This document shows, piece by piece, positions 27,601 to 41,273 of a stretch of DNA of 64,000 nt. The DNA lies in assembly GCF_036321535.1 (NCBI RefSeq), contig NC_087472.1:100070001-100134000 (forward strand), given 5' to 3'. The notes below the pieces were generated by a model. The model was given only the letters and a program-made list of their open reading frames with translations. It was not told the origin of the DNA and did not search any database. Each line of letters opens with the position of its first letter. The stretch's first letter is position 1. This DNA comes from Camelus dromedarius. Lineage: Eukaryota. Both the position numbers and the translations under genes were made by a program.

Positions 27601-28782
27601 CTCACCCCCACCTCGCCGCCAGCAGACCTCCCTGTCCTGTCCCTTATTCCCTTTCTCCAGGGCCCTTTTGGGGAGCCGCGTGGAGAACCTGCTAAACTCA
27701 TCGTCTGTAGAGTGTATGCAAGGATATTTGTGCAGAACTTTCCTTAGTAAGAAAAAAAAAATCGGAGGGTGGGGGAATGATTTGGAAACTAATTGCCCAG
27801 AGAAAGGGGATTCACTGAATCATGAATTGCAATGCAATAGAAGATTCTGCAACAATCAACATATTTATGAAGGATTTTGAGAGTCACCGCGTACAATGTT
27901 AAGGAAAATCAGCAGAATGCAATCCTACAGATAATGTGAACTAGGCTATCTATTTATAGAAAAAAGCCTGAAGGGAAATAGACCAAAATACTAACAGTGT
28001 TAGTCTCGGTCTGGTAAGATTATAGTAGACTTTGTTTTGCTGTTACAATTTTATGGCTTTTAAAAATTATACATTGTGCCTGTATTACTTTTGTAATCAG
28101 AAAAAAGGCGATTTTAAAGATTAATTGGGGGATGTTGGATGATGGCTTCTGGCATCAATCCATATGTGTCATTGGGACTCTCAATTTCACACAATGTGGA
28201 GTTGGTAGAGGCGAGTCCTGGGGTGGGGTCTGAAGGGGAATCTTTTAGGAAAGTAAGGTTCTCTAGAAGGGAAGGCCCCTGAGAGGGTCAGGCCAGCGAG
28301 CAGGCTTTGGAGAAGCCGCCTAGCAGCAGGGACCTCGGCCCTCCCTGAGCCCTACTGAGCCCGCCGGCAAGGTGCCGCACTCTGGCGCTGGGTGCTGATT
28401 GGCTCCTCCTTGGCCTCAGAGCGCCACGGATACTTTTCTTGTGCTGTGTCTCTGCAGAGTGTTAACCTTTTGTTACAGTTGCTTTGCCCCAATAAGATGA
28501 GTCACATTGAGTAATTATTTAGTCACCAGGTGCTTAGAATAAAGTCATGTAATATAATCCCAGGTGTAATGTAGTGGTCTGTCCTGACCAATGACTTGTC
28601 CTTGGTTTTGCATATTCTACTAAAGGAAGTGGTTTGCAGACAACACCTGCCTGTTCATTAATAGAATAAAGCTGTCACACGGCCAGACCACTTATAATCC
28701 TCAACAAAAGAGCTCGCCCCAAAATAGAGGGAAAAACATACACATCGTTTTTATCTTTTCTGTCCTGAGCCAACATATTTGC

Positions 28783-29335
28783 AGTTAGGGTAGTTAAGAT
28801 GTTTTCAGCTCCAAATAAAGCTAAAATTAGCTGAAATAACAGGGGGGTTATTAATTTCACACGGTGAGAAGTCTGGGCCTTAGGTCATTCCAGGGTTGGT
28901 GAGTGGCTCATTGGGGTGCTCAGTCACCTAAACTCTTTCCGTTGGTCTGCTCTGCTATCCCCAAGATCTCCAAGAGCATTTCCCTCCTGCTCATAAGATG
29001 GCTGCCACAGCTCCAGGCAGCCTATTCTTACACAGCAGCATCCCAAGCAGGAAGGAGGGAGAAGCAGCAACACGGATGGCCTTCTTCTCACTTGCCTCAC
29101 TCTAGGCAGAGGAAATCTCTTTCTCAGTGGCTCTCGGTGGAATTCCTTTTATTTCTCAATCACCCAAATTGGGCTACACAGCCACCTCTAAACCAGTCAT
29201 TGGCAAAGAGGAGCTGGATTGCCATCATTGGCTTAGACCAAACATGCTTCAGCTGGGTGCATTGTCCTGAAACAAAACTGGGGCTCTGTTAGGAAAGTGA
29301 ATGAAATGGTTTGGGAAGGCAGTGCCTGGCATGGC
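28783..29335. mobile_element. Old MaLR LTR (MLT1J/K/L-like)
   Basis: 'aagatggctgccacagctccaggca' and 'aaccagtcattggcaaag...attggcttagaccaa' motifs; recognised from memory. Confidence 0.55.
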
Positions 29336-30339
29336 GAATGAAACACAGTCTACCCGTCAGGAAGTGATGGCGTCACCATGATGAGTCTGAGGGCCGGCCC
29401 TTTTCTGCTGGCCATTCCTTTGTGCATTGTACACACGTGTACACTCGATTTGGAAATCCCCAGAACGCTGTAGAACCAGGTTGGCCTGAGCGTTTGTTGA
29501 AGGAGGTGGCAAAGGAAAGGCAAAGGCCTTCCTGCTGGACACGTGGCAGGTGCAGCGCCGACCTGACTGAACGATGCTACGTTCATCTGAGACGTCAGTC
29601 ACAGAGATGGGAGCTCTCTGAGGGCAGGCTCGTTTCTGCTGTGCTCACTGGTGTAGCCTCAGCATCTGACTCCGTGAGTGGCGCAGAGTAGTTGCTCATT
29701 CATCATGGGGTGAATGAATGAGCAGACTGATGACTGAAGAGGATATTGTCCCCACTGAGTGATGCCTCTGGAAACAGAACGGTGTCGGACTCTGTGAGCC
29801 ATCCGGGGAAACAGAAGCTTGCCCTCCACCTCCAGGGGGTGAATAGTCTAACGGTAGGGTGATGGTCAGAGTGTTGCGGTACAGCCAGCCGAGGAGGCTG
29901 CCCTCTCTTGTCTTTTGGAATCAGCGACCAGCATTCACTTGCCCGAGGATGTTGTATCTTGTGATAACTGCTGATTGTATTGCGACCATAAGAATGTTTT
30001 ATCTACCAAAATGGACTTGGATTTGTGGAAGGAAGAGGATTCCTCCTTTACTGCTCTTTCTGTAGCTTTTAAAGATTTATGAATATAGCTGTCGAAGAGA
30101 GAAAGAAAAAATCATGTTTCTCTTTCTGCCATGTTAGCTTGTTAAACCGAGGAGGAAATGATTGTGTTATTCAGTTTGAGTCACGTATATGAATGACCAA
30201 AGGATGTAAACAGACTTCAAAGTGTAATCCAGATGCAAATCATGATTATTAAGGAAAAGAGGGGCATGTGGCATGTTATCAAAACCTTCCCTCACTCCTA
30301 TTGTTGTTCTTTAAAAAATCTGTTTTACTTTTGTTTTAG

Positions 30340-30449
30340 ACCTAGAAGGTTTTGACTCCGTGGTATCATCTACTGAGAAACTCAGTCACCCAACCACAAG
30401 CAGACCAAAAGCCACGGGGAGGCGGCCTCCGTCACAGTCTCTCACATCC
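30340..30449 (+). CDS. SH3KBP1: SH3KBP1 coding exon, 110 bp: (D)[36 protein letters not shown]; contains the capping-protein-interaction (CPI) motif
   Basis: Acceptor ttttgttttAG, donor CC|GTAAGT. Translation matches CIN85 and includes LxHxTxxRPK(x)6P. Confidence 0.96.
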
Positions 30450-33400
30450 GTAAGTGCCTCCTCGCTTCTTGACAGCTGGAAAGCAGGAAGGATTAGAGCC
30501 TGTAGCTAAGGACTCTTCTGCAAGTGGCTGACATGAGGACACGCTGGGGAGAGGGAGGGCATGCGCTACACTACTGACCGGAAGTGATCTGAGAGTCTTC
30601 TGGAATCAAGCAGTATTTCTTTCTTTTTATCCTTTCTGTATCTGCCCGCGAAGTGGGAACGCCCTAATCCCACTTCCTTTCTCTCTCCTTCCAGAGGGAT
30701 TCTTGTTTGAACTGGAAATGGGTAAGAAAAAAAGTCATGTTTTCTGGTGGAAAAGGAGAGCAAAGCTGATTCAGTCTGCAAACAAAGCAGAATTTTACTT
30801 AAAAAAAAAAAATCGGCCACTATATGGTGCCTGGCAGTGGCCAAGCCTTTTTTTCTCAAAGTGCTGTCCTCAGCACCCTCTGGGGAACCCCGCACAGACC
30901 TTTAGGAGATTGGGTTTTAACATATGAAGCACCTGCTCAGGCAGGAAAGAACAGTCAGAAGGCTCCGGATAACCTGCAGAAGTTTTTCATTTGGATCTTT
31001 TTGAATAACTTCCTTTCTTATTAGAAACCTGTAATACATCTGTTGTACCAAATTGTTAACAACAAAATGCATAAAGAAGAAAGTTACCTGTAATCCTGCT
31101 CCCCACAGCTAAGAACTATTAACCTCTTGCTGTATAGCCATTCTTTCTTCAAAAATGGGATCACATAGGGCGCACTGTTCTGAAAGTTGCTTTTCCCCCC
31201 TTACATGGCACCCCTTCCCCCAGTCATCACACTTTCTTCCATCACATCACGGTGAATGGCTACCTGCTGTCCTCGCCTGTGAATACTCGACATTTATGTT
31301 TCCACTTCTTCATCATAAACACTGAAGTGAATGTCATCGTAGAAAAATCTTGATGCTTCTGCAGGCAGTGTATGTGTATGTGTATATCTGTCTGTCTGTC
31401 TGTCCATCTATTTATCTCTCTGTATATATGACATTGCCTTGTCCTTGCTGGGAATTCGGGCCAAAGGCCTTGGACCGTCACCCAGATACACCAAGGAATT
31501 AACCTTGTCCAGGTTTCCTAGGATACTTTCTACTTTCACCTCATCCCTGATCCTACCTAAGGGCTCATCATGTAGAAGAAAAAGAATGCCACTTCCTTTG
31601 AGCCTCTTCTCTCATATCCGCTGAGTCTGGAAGTTTGGTTTCAGTCGTCCTATTTTCCTCTTCATAGGAAACATATCTACCTATGTGTTGACATCTTTTG
31701 GGGAGAAAGACTTGAGAAAGTGGCTTACTTTTTCACTCTTCTATGGAGTACTGTGTCAATACTGCCTTCTTTCTCCCTCCCTCTCACCCCCCTACACGCT
31801 CCCAAACACCTCATATACACACAACCTAAATCATCGCTTCTTAGTGGCTCGATATTTAAATTTTTAATCCTACCTCCCACATCTTCTCTACAAATCCTTC
31901 ATCACTTTTGTTTCCCCTCCAAATTCTTCCCAACTTTTCAAGATCCAGAGGGCCTTGGGGCATCAGAATTAAAGACAGGGAAATTCAAATTAGCATCCCC
32001 ACCCCACCCTTGGTCCATACATCCCATGTCTGAGAGTTGGTTTATATTTAGGGGAGGGCGCACGGCATCTTCACTCCACTTCTAGACTACACATTTGTTC
32101 ACTCACTCATGCAACAGATACTGATGGGCATCTCCTGCAGGCTCAGCTCTGTACCAGGTACCACAGCTCCAACTGGGAATGAGACATACGTGGTCCCTGC
32201 CCACGGGAAGCTTAAGGCACAGTGGCTCAGTTTGGCATTTTATATGGAACGATTTTATTTGCAGACTTAAGACAACAAGATACATGTGTGCTCTAAAGAA
32301 GTATAAACACTTTTCTCCCTGCATTCCTGTCCATCCCCACAGGGATGTATACGTTCAATTCATGTTCATTCTTCTTCCTGGTAGCACCTGTCAGTTTTTC
32401 ATAGCAGAATGGGATTAGTGGATATGGACATATTCCTAAAAGGCCATTAGAGGGAATGATCAAGGAGATATATCAGTCCTGACTCCCCAGCTTGTGGCCT
32501 CTCACCCTAGTTTGAGCTATTTATGTTTATAGAATTCAGAGAGCAAGCTTTGATTGGCAGCTCATGAACCATAGGTTCTGTAGGAGGAAATTGGCTCTTT
32601 GAATAAAATCTCAAAATGAGAGGATAGAGGCATTGCAAGGTGGTTAAGCAATTAAGCTTAGATGAAGAAGAAAGCTTAGCTGGGGGGTGTTGTTCGAAGT
32701 AATTGGATTTTCAGATTAAATGAAGATTAACAAACAAGACCTTTTGATTTTAAAATGTTGCTTAAAAATTCCCTAAATGTATGGCCTTAGTAGTAAACAG
32801 AAGGAAACAAGCAGTGTTTGTAGGCGTGATTTTTCTATAATGGCACCAAGTGGTGATGCTAAATGTGACAATTTTTTGACCATAGCGGTAGAAGGTAGAG
32901 AGGAGAGGCTGAGTATGAACTCACCTGCAGATATCTCTGCAAGAGCCTTCCTTTAAAATGATTCCTTGCCACAGGAACTCTTTCCTTTGCTTTGTCCTAA
33001 AACCTGGAAATGACAGAGTGATTCCAGTGAATTGGTTCACATTTATCCAGCTTTTGGATCTTCACAGTGAGGCAGGAAGGATAGGAGTGTTATCCCCATA
33101 TTTTACCAAAAGATGCTGCAGTTCTGTAAACATACCTTAGCAGAGGTGGACTCCGCAGTGGATGAGGACTGTCCACGGCAATGAGGACAGCATTTTAGGA
33201 GCAGATGTGAGCTTGCTGTGCTGGCAGGTAGAGCTGTGCTCCAGGGCTGCGGGAACTCTGGTCACTTGACAGCAGGGCTGCTGCTCCCTTGCCCCCAGAA
33301 ATGGTTTCCTCGCAGAGAAGTCCTTTCAGGCACTTCACTCTGCAGCAGGTTCAATGGTTCTGAAAAAGGATCAGGAGGGAATGGAGGAGAGGCAGGTTAG

Positions 33401-33853
33401 AGGCAGCTTCCTCTCGACCTGAGTGTCCTTCTCCACCGGACTGTCAGCCCCCTGAGAGCAGGGACCGTGCTGGCATGTTAATAAGTTCAGTACCTAGCTC
33501 AGTGCTTAGCACACAGTAGCAAATGCTGACATAGAGAGAGAGGCTCTGAGGGATGGAGGGAGCAGGAAAAGGTGGATGACGGATGCTTGCATGGATGAAA
33601 TGACCAACAGGCACCGGTGGAAAGAGCCCATAGAAAGATCCTTGGTCTAGGAACTCTTTGCTTCCTAGTCCCAGCCCTGCCACTCTCTCCAGCACACAGA
33701 TAACAGCACGCTTCCTGCCTCGTGATTGTAATGAGGAGACAAACGGAATAGTAGTGTCGAGTGCTTTCAAAAGCATACAGCATTATGTTAACAAAAGCTA
33801 TGTCAGCTAAGGCGTAATTCTGACAAAAAGCATTTTCTTTTGGCTTTATCCAG

Positions 33854-33982
33854 TCTTCGCTTTCAAGCCCTGATATCTTTGACTCCCCAAGTCCTGAAGA
33901 AGATAAAGAAGAACACGTTTCGCTTGCACACAGAGGAGTGGACACGTCAAAGAAAACTTCAAAGACTGTTACCATATCCCAA
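33854..33982 (+). CDS. SH3KBP1: SH3KBP1 coding exon, 129 bp: [43 protein letters not shown]
   Basis: Acceptor ggctttatccAG, donor AA|GTGAGT, phase 0/0. Matches the CIN85 Ser-rich region. Confidence 0.96.
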
Positions 33983-34083
33983 GTGAGTGCCCAGCCGTGG
34001 TGAGGGCGTCCCAATAGCACGGGATCCCTGCCTTTTCATGTGTGCTCTGATGATGAGTTATAAACCCAACGAGGATAAACAGT

Positions 34084-34456
34084 TGTCTTAGTCATTTGGG
34101 GCTGCTGAAACAAAGTGCCGTAGATGGGGCGACTTATAAACAATAGAAATTTATTTATTACATTTCTGGAGGTTGGATGCCCAAGATCAGGCTGCCAGCA
34201 TGGTCAGGTTCTGGTGAGGGCTCTCTTCAGGGTCGCAGACTGCCAACTTCTCTCATTGTATCCTCACCCGGAGGAAAGAGGATGAGAGAGCTCTCTGGGG
34301 TCCCTTCTAAAAGGGCACGAATCTTACCCTTCATGAGAGCTCCACCCTCATGACCTGATCACCTTCCAAAGGCCCCACCTCCCAAATACCATCACAGTGA
34401 GGGTGAGGATTTCCACGTACGAATTTTGAGAGGACACAAACATTCAGTCCACTGCA
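34084..34456 (-). mobile_element. MaLR solo LTR (MLT1A/B-like)
   Basis: TG...CA ends, typical 'ggttctggtgagggctctctt' and 'gacacaaacattcagtcca', 5-bp TSD ACAGT/ACAGA. Confidence 0.85.
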
Positions 34457-37400
34457 ACAGACAATGCAGGTTTTTGTCATTCTTTAGTGACAGTGATTTA
34501 TTTTGGTCATCAAAATCCCTAAGGTATGTTACAAGTCTCCCAAACTGAGCAGAATCCCTGAGATACAGGTTCAGAGTTCATTTCTCATGTTTTCTCTTGT
34601 GGTTTGATCTCCTCTTTATACGTCACCGCCCCCTCTACAGACGTCATCACACACCACCGCCACCACTATCATCACCATCACAACAACCAAAACAAATTTA
34701 AAAGCCTAGGGATGTCTAGAAAGAATACATTAAATATATTAAATGCCAGGCTCTCTGCCCACAGATTGTGACTTTTATGTTCAAAACTAGCGGTGTCACA
34801 AATTATGGTTGGCAGTTCATGAATTTGAATCACTATAAGGGTTTCTTAAAGAAATGCTGATTTGGATTAATTTATTAGGATAAATGTGTAGTCTGAAAAC
34901 ATTTTGACTTCATTGCATGCCCAGGGGATGGTATAGCTCTTTTATTATTAGCTTGTGAGGAACAGAGAAGACATTGTTTAGCAACTGTGTGTGGCTTCTG
35001 AAGGGTTCCCCGTACAAGTTTTGTTCATCCTGTGAATGTGAAGTACGATTTTAAAATTCCATTTTTTTCATGCTAAGAGAACCCAGTCAATTGGAATTAT
35101 TTTTCTGTCAACATTAGCAACTGTTTTCTGTCTAAAGGCAGAAAAGTGAAGTCACTTCTTAAGGCACTTGACGCAGGAATTAACACAAAGAAGTCAAAGG
35201 TGATGTAGAATTTTCGTTTTCGTAGATTTAAGAATTTACATGTATAGATTTTCTTTAAAATCCGATATAGTCAGCAAAAGTATGATCCTGTAAAACAGAT
35301 CGATTGTAATTATTCACAAAACTGAAGCACTTCCTTTTTAAAAGGATTCCATTTGCAGAAATTGGATTTAGACCCGTTTTTCTCTGGTGACCATAGGTAT
35401 GCCCACAGTTGCAGGTGCTCCTCCATCCCTAGAGTGTCTCTCTAGTGACATCTACTGGTGGGCAGTGGCTCTTCACGTTTCTGATTTGCACTGTTCTATC
35501 CCATTAGCCTTTTTCCCTTCCCTGGAGTTGTCATCTCATGTTGTTTATTGCTTCTAGAAATTCCACTTGAACTAATTTGATCAGGACATTTGGTGGCCTA
35601 TACTCTGTGGGGACTTAAAAAAGCACTTCTTAGCTGAAGTGGGCTGGGAGAGTGAGTCACGTAGGAAATGCTAAGAGAAGCATTGTTTCAGGAAGTGCCC
35701 GGAAGTTGGTCAGTGTGAGGACATTGGTGGGTCTGGGGAGGCGCAGGCGGATGCAGGGTGGGAAACGGGGGAGAGTAGAAACCCAGGAATAGAAAATAAG
35801 TGAAGAACGTAAGGTCAGGAGAGCATCAGTCTTCAGACTCAGAGTCACCATACCAGGCTTGAGGGTCCAGCTGACAGGCAGGGAATTAAATCTCAGTTCT
35901 GCCACTTATTAGCAGTGAGACTTGGGGGATTTCTCAGCCACACCCCTAAGCCTCAGTTTCCTGCTCCGTCAGACGTGTGTGCCAACTGATCCTTGTTTCA
36001 ATTGTCCAGCCAACGTCCGGCATATATCCAGTGCTCCAGAAATGTCAGTTCCTCTTCCCTCTTACTATGGCTCCTACTAACAACAAGCACAGGATGCTAG
36101 CTTGCTATCCCTGGCAGCAGAAAGCGCTTTTCCTCAATGATAACTTGGCAGAGAAAAGGCGAGCAGAGAGGCTGGGAATGATGGCCCATCTGCTTCTGGC
36201 TGACTCTGCCCAGTTTCTCCCTCTGGCACAGCCTGAATCCAGACTCTGCCTCCTCATCTTGCCAGCCTGGTCCCATCTTGGCGCCTGCCCTGGGAGCTCC
36301 ACCACCAGCCTCCCCTTCCTCCCCTCCCCTCCCGACGTCCTGTCTACAACCTGCCCCCTCCCCACCTGCCAATCATCTCACCTTCCCTTGCTGCCGCCCC
36401 TCACCAGGCCTGCCGCTGGCCCCTCTTCCCTCCCACCTGTGACTCTCCCACTCCCTGTGCCCTCCTGGCCCCTCAGGACACTTCTCTATCGGGCCTCCCC
36501 GCCTCTCTCCTGCATCTTCAGCCTTGGCTCTTTCCCTCGAGATAGCTTCCAGCTCAGGGTCTCCCCCATCTTTGAAAGCAAGCAAAGCCCTTCCTTGAGC
36601 CTATCTCCTCCCTGCCTCCCGAGGCTTCTCCATGATCTCTCTCTCTCCCCCCTCCCCCTTTCTCCCCCCTCCCTCCCTCCCTCCCTCCCATCTTCCTTCC
36701 TCAGCTGATGGTTCGGAAAGAGAGTTCTCAACTTGCAGACCACACACCTCACCTCCCATTCAGGCCCTAACCTGCCTTGGTCAGATTTCAGTCTCCCTTG
36801 GCTCCACCAAATGGGCCCTCCCCCCCAATTTTCCTCTCAGCACCCTTCTAGAAGCTCCCCCTCCAGGAGATGTCCATAACTCAGGCCCCTCCTGCCTGGC
36901 TTCCTCCCCTCTCTCACCACTCTGTCCCCAAGGGCTCTCACTTCTTTCCACCTCTTCAGTTTGGGGCATCCCCAGGTTCCATCACTGAGCCTCCTCTCTT
37001 TTCGTTCTGTATTATCCACCCCCATGGCTGCCACTTCCTCTGGTGATTGCTCTGGCCCACCTTACTCTTTGAATCATTGGCTCTGCCCGTTGGCCTTCCC
37101 CCGGCTCTCCTTCAGGCCCCTAAAATTCACTGTGCCCAAATCCGAGATCATTGTCTGGGCCTCCAACTTGTTTGTCCTCCCATGAAAAGATCCAACTTTA
37201 ATGCCTCCTTCCTCCATCCCCCGCCTCCCTGGCCCTCAATCTGTACTTCCTCCTCACCCGCTACAGCCTGTCCAGGACCACATCCTCCTGGTCTTGGGGT
37301 GTCTGCTCCAGGAGGGTAGGGACTACATCTTTGCGTTGGATGAGCCTGTCACTGCCGCATCTCTCAAAGCTGTCTGTTCTCTATTCTCTTGGCCGCTGCC

Positions 37401-38176
37401 TGAGTCAAACCCTCACCCTTTCTAGCTGTCACTAGATGAGAGTCCCCCAGCAGTTCTCTAGACCTGCAGACTTGCTAGCCCTTCAGCCCGTCTGCAGCCA
37501 CAGTGATCTTTTGCTTGGCACGTGGTCTTCTTCACCCTTTCCACCAGCCCCCGAGCACCCCCTACCTCTCTCTTGCCATCTCTGACCTTCCAGCCGCGTG
37601 GCTGGCTGCTTCCCGTGAATGCATCCACTCTCCAGGCTCTGGGCCTTTGCCTGGCACGTTCCCTCCTCCTAGAACTCTTTTCTCCCCTCAGCCTGCCTCT
37701 TTTCTGACTGCTCCCTCATCTTCCTCCTCCAAGATGGGGCTGTCAGCTCCTCCCTCCCGGACGCTTGGTCCCTTTGGTGGGCTTCTGCAGCTCTGTGTGC
37801 TTCCCTCCTGTGGGCAGACTCTCCTCTCATCTGTGGTGTGTCGGTCTGTTTGTCTGTACCTCAATGGGTTCTAAGCTCCTTGAGGGCCAAGAAAATGTTT
37901 TGCTCACTGCAGAGTTTGCGGAGCCTAGTGAGTACATGGACCTCTGGCCGTGTACATTAAACTAGTTAGAGACTAGCTGGTCGGATTGAAAATATTTAGG
38001 GGGATGCCTGCACCACGTGGGCCTCTGAGCGCTTGTGGAGGAAGGTCAAATGAGTGAGTGGAGCATGTGGAGGGACGTGGGGACAGTGATGTAGCTGGAG
38101 AGTCTTAGTAAACAGGACGGGGAAATGCAGCGCATGAACCCCTGGCCTGACTTCTCTCTGTCCCCCGTCGTCACAG

Positions 38177-38445
38177 GTCTCTGACAACAAAGCACCCCTC
38201 CCGCCCAAGCCGGGGACCATGGCGGCGGGCGGCGGCGGGCCAGCCCCTCTGTCCTCAGCAGCATCTTCCCCCCTGTCGTCCTCTTTGGGAACAGTTGGAC
38301 ACAGAGCCAACTCCCCATCTCTGTTCGGCACGGAAGGAAAACCAAAGATGGAGCCTGTGGCCAGCAGCCAGGCAGCCTTGGAGGAGCTGAGGACACAGGT
38401 CCGCGAGCTGAGGAGCACCATCGAGACCATGAAGGACCAGCAGAA
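38177..38445 (+). CDS. SH3KBP1: SH3KBP1 coding exon, 269 bp: [27 protein letters not shown]...[13 protein letters not shown](K)
   Basis: Acceptor cgtcgtcacAG, donor AA|GTGAGT. ORF-track entry 38219..38449 is part of it. Matches CIN85 up to the start of the coiled coil. Confidence 0.97.
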
Positions 38446-41209
38446 GTGAGTGTCTGCGGCCCCTTCTCTCACTGCCTCCTGTGGTGCTTTCCACCGGGTC
38501 AGGGCCTGCTCTGCCAGCCTGGGTCCCAGCCTGTCTGTGAGGACCCCCCACCCCGTGATGGTGGCAGCAGGGGTGGGAATGGGCGTGTGAACCGAGAGGC
38601 TTCATTTAGTTCTGCTCCACACGTCAGCTGGCCCAGCCGCACGCGGGAAGGCACGGCTGGCCGTGGAGCGTGCAGGGAGGAGTTGGTTACAAGGACTGAT
38701 GCGCTTAGCGAGCTGTTAAAAAGAAAGATCTTCAGATTCCCATCCAACACAGTAATGTACATGCACCACTTCTTAATAAGCCCAACAGCCAGCTTTGCTT
38801 CTAGCATCAGAAAAATTGCCATGTCTTCAACTAGCTGCCTCATGAAGGAATTGGCTTGCATTTCGGGGCTGCGGTGTATGAAAAAGACGCAGGGAATCTT
38901 TAAACCTCAGCAGGATGTTCTCTCCAGGAGACCCCGGGGCTCATCCTGCGTGCCTGCACGCACACACTCTCCACATCTCTGACCATCAAGGGGCACTGAG
39001 ATGGGGAGAGGGACCTGTGAACAAAAATAAATATTATACGTCTATCTCTCAGGGTGCTGTGTGCAGTGACAAAAAAACAATGGTGAAAGGATTAGAAATC
39101 AGGGGGCACTTACCTGAATAAGCTGAGATGCAGAGAGTTTAGGGAACAGTTAGCTGTTTCCTGAGGGAATGGCGAGGCATCTCAAGGGGGCATTTCCTAA
39201 GTAGGGTTTTGAAAGCCAACCTACGATGGCGAAGAGCAGAGTGCCCCGCAGAGGGAGCGGCGCGGGCTGTGAGCACTGTGGCTCTGTCCCACTTCCCGCC
39301 TCGGGCTGGGAATGTCATATGAATTTGGGGCCCCTTAGACTTACCCCCTCCCTGGAAGGGGCTCATCTGATAAATATGCAGAAGAGCAGATGGGATCAGA
39401 GAGGGTCTCAGGGCACCAGCCAGGCTGCCCCTAACTCCTTCAAGCCCCCAGCTCCTATCTGGCCCTGTGCATTATCTCTTTAAATACCCAAAAGCCCCAT
39501 CCACGTCCAGGTGACGGGTCCCCTGCCTAGACAGTGACGCCATAACCCCAGTCCATCCCAGAGTACTGGTTCTCAGCCTTCTGAATAAGACTATCATTGG
39601 GTCAGACTGACCTGGATCCAGGGCTCCGTCCCTTGGGGCCCTCCCTCTGAGAAGTGCCTAGGACTGTGCTGCACGTCTGAAAAGGCCTGCGCCCGAGTCC
39701 GAGTGCAGAATCACCAGTGCTTTGGGGCTGCTCCCCCCATGCTCCTCTCTCCACTGTGAAGCTGGACATAGTCGCCTGCAATTGACCTTCCCCCCGCCAA
39801 CATCTTGAGTCAAATGTCACAGTGGCCCCTTTCCAAGGCCTGCCTTCCTCAGTCTGGCCTTTGTGCCCCAGGGCACCGCGTCCCCCCCAGTCTCCCCTCC
39901 TTGCCTTCAGCGTCACTTTCCTTTCCGCCTTCAGCTGAAGTCTGTGTCGACGCCCCTCATCCCCAAATGTGCGGTTCTCACCCCCTGCTTCTGTCCTGGC
40001 TCTTCTCCATCAACTCCCCCATCTTCCTCCCCCCTCGTAGGGGAGGAAGCTCGTATGTCACTAGCTCAAGACATAGTGACTTTCTTCGCACCTTCTTCCG
40101 CAACTAACTCCCCCAACCTGGATGGCTCGAGGCTTTGCCTGCCAGAGTCTTCCTGGAGGCGTGCTGTCTGCTTAGGGTCCCATCTTCTCCTTTCCTAAGC
40201 CCTGGGTGGTGCCCACTGAGACAGTGATGCATAGCGTGTGCTTCAGTAAATACAGTAACGGATCACAGCTGGCTCGTGTCAGAAAACCCAGCATGTTGAC
40301 GGCAGTGCTGGGACCCTGGCCCAAGTACAGGGGCCGTCATGGTGCTCATCTGAAGTGAGCAAATGCTGCGTCACTTCTCCCTTTTTTGTTGTGCTGTTTC
40401 TGCAGTCTTTGTTTTTTGCTTTTCTAATCCAGTTTGTAAAAATGTATGTGTAAAATGGAGTGTTTGCTACCCTAAAATGGAGGACAGTTCTCTGACCAGA
40501 GTTAGGCTGGTTGCATCGTCCTACACATAGAGCCCTGAGTTTGCAAGTTTGCAAGTTCTGCTTCATGATTTAGTGTTGGAAGGGGCACAAGACTGTGTCC
40601 GAACGCGTGTCTGCTTCCTCCATGATGTAGTTACTCCATCGTTACTCAGTTATCTTACCTCCACATTTTCGACTGTTACTATTTGTAGGATTTTGTGAGA
40701 CTCTGTGAAAACCTACCACTAGCCTTTTAGTAATTTAAAACTCTGGGACAATAAAGGAAATATAAATGGAGTAGTGAAACTGTCTGCAATGAATATTATT
40801 ATGTAAATACATTGAAAGACCAGTGATTCCGTAATAGAGGACTAGTTAGAGGGGAGGCGACAGAGTGTGAGCCTGGATGCCTGGAGTCTAGTCACTGGGC
40901 AAGTCAGGCCACCTCTCGGGGCCTCAGTTTCCCCCATCTTCTTCTTTGAGGAGAAGCTTGGACTGAGGGATTTCAAAGGTCGTTTCGGACCTACTGTTTG
41001 ATGACTATGTATTTTGGGAGCCCGGAAATAATGGCAAGCCTTTCCATCTGCAACAGACTTCAAGCCGTAGCTGTGCAAAGAAAATAGAATGTTCTGGCCA
41101 CATTTTCTTTGTAAAAGGATCAGAAGGATTTGGAAGTGATAAGAGACTTCTTATCTCCTATTGGGGAAGTCTGGGCTTTTGTTTAATTTTATCGCTGTTT
41201 GCTTTCCAG

Positions 41210-41273
41210 ACGGGAGATTAAGCAGTTACTGTCGGAGTTGGATGAAGAGAAGAAAATCAGGCTTCGGTTGCAG
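41210..41273 (+). CDS. SH3KBP1: SH3KBP1 coding exon, 64 bp: (K)REIKQLLSELDEEKKIRLRLQ (coiled coil)
   Basis: Acceptor tgtttgctttccAG, donor CAG|GTAGGT; phase consistent with both neighbours. Confidence 0.97.

Noticed and set aside
27209..27880. 223-aa intronic ORF
   Set aside because: GC-rich intron, no recognisable homology or exon structure.
34924..34939. GGGGATGGTATAGCTC resembling the SINE 5' end
   Set aside because: Only 16 bp, with no B box, tail or TSD.
35977..36708. 243-aa Pro/Leu/Ser-rich ORF
   Set aside because: Arises from a pyrimidine-rich, probably L2-derived low-complexity tract; no recognisable domain.
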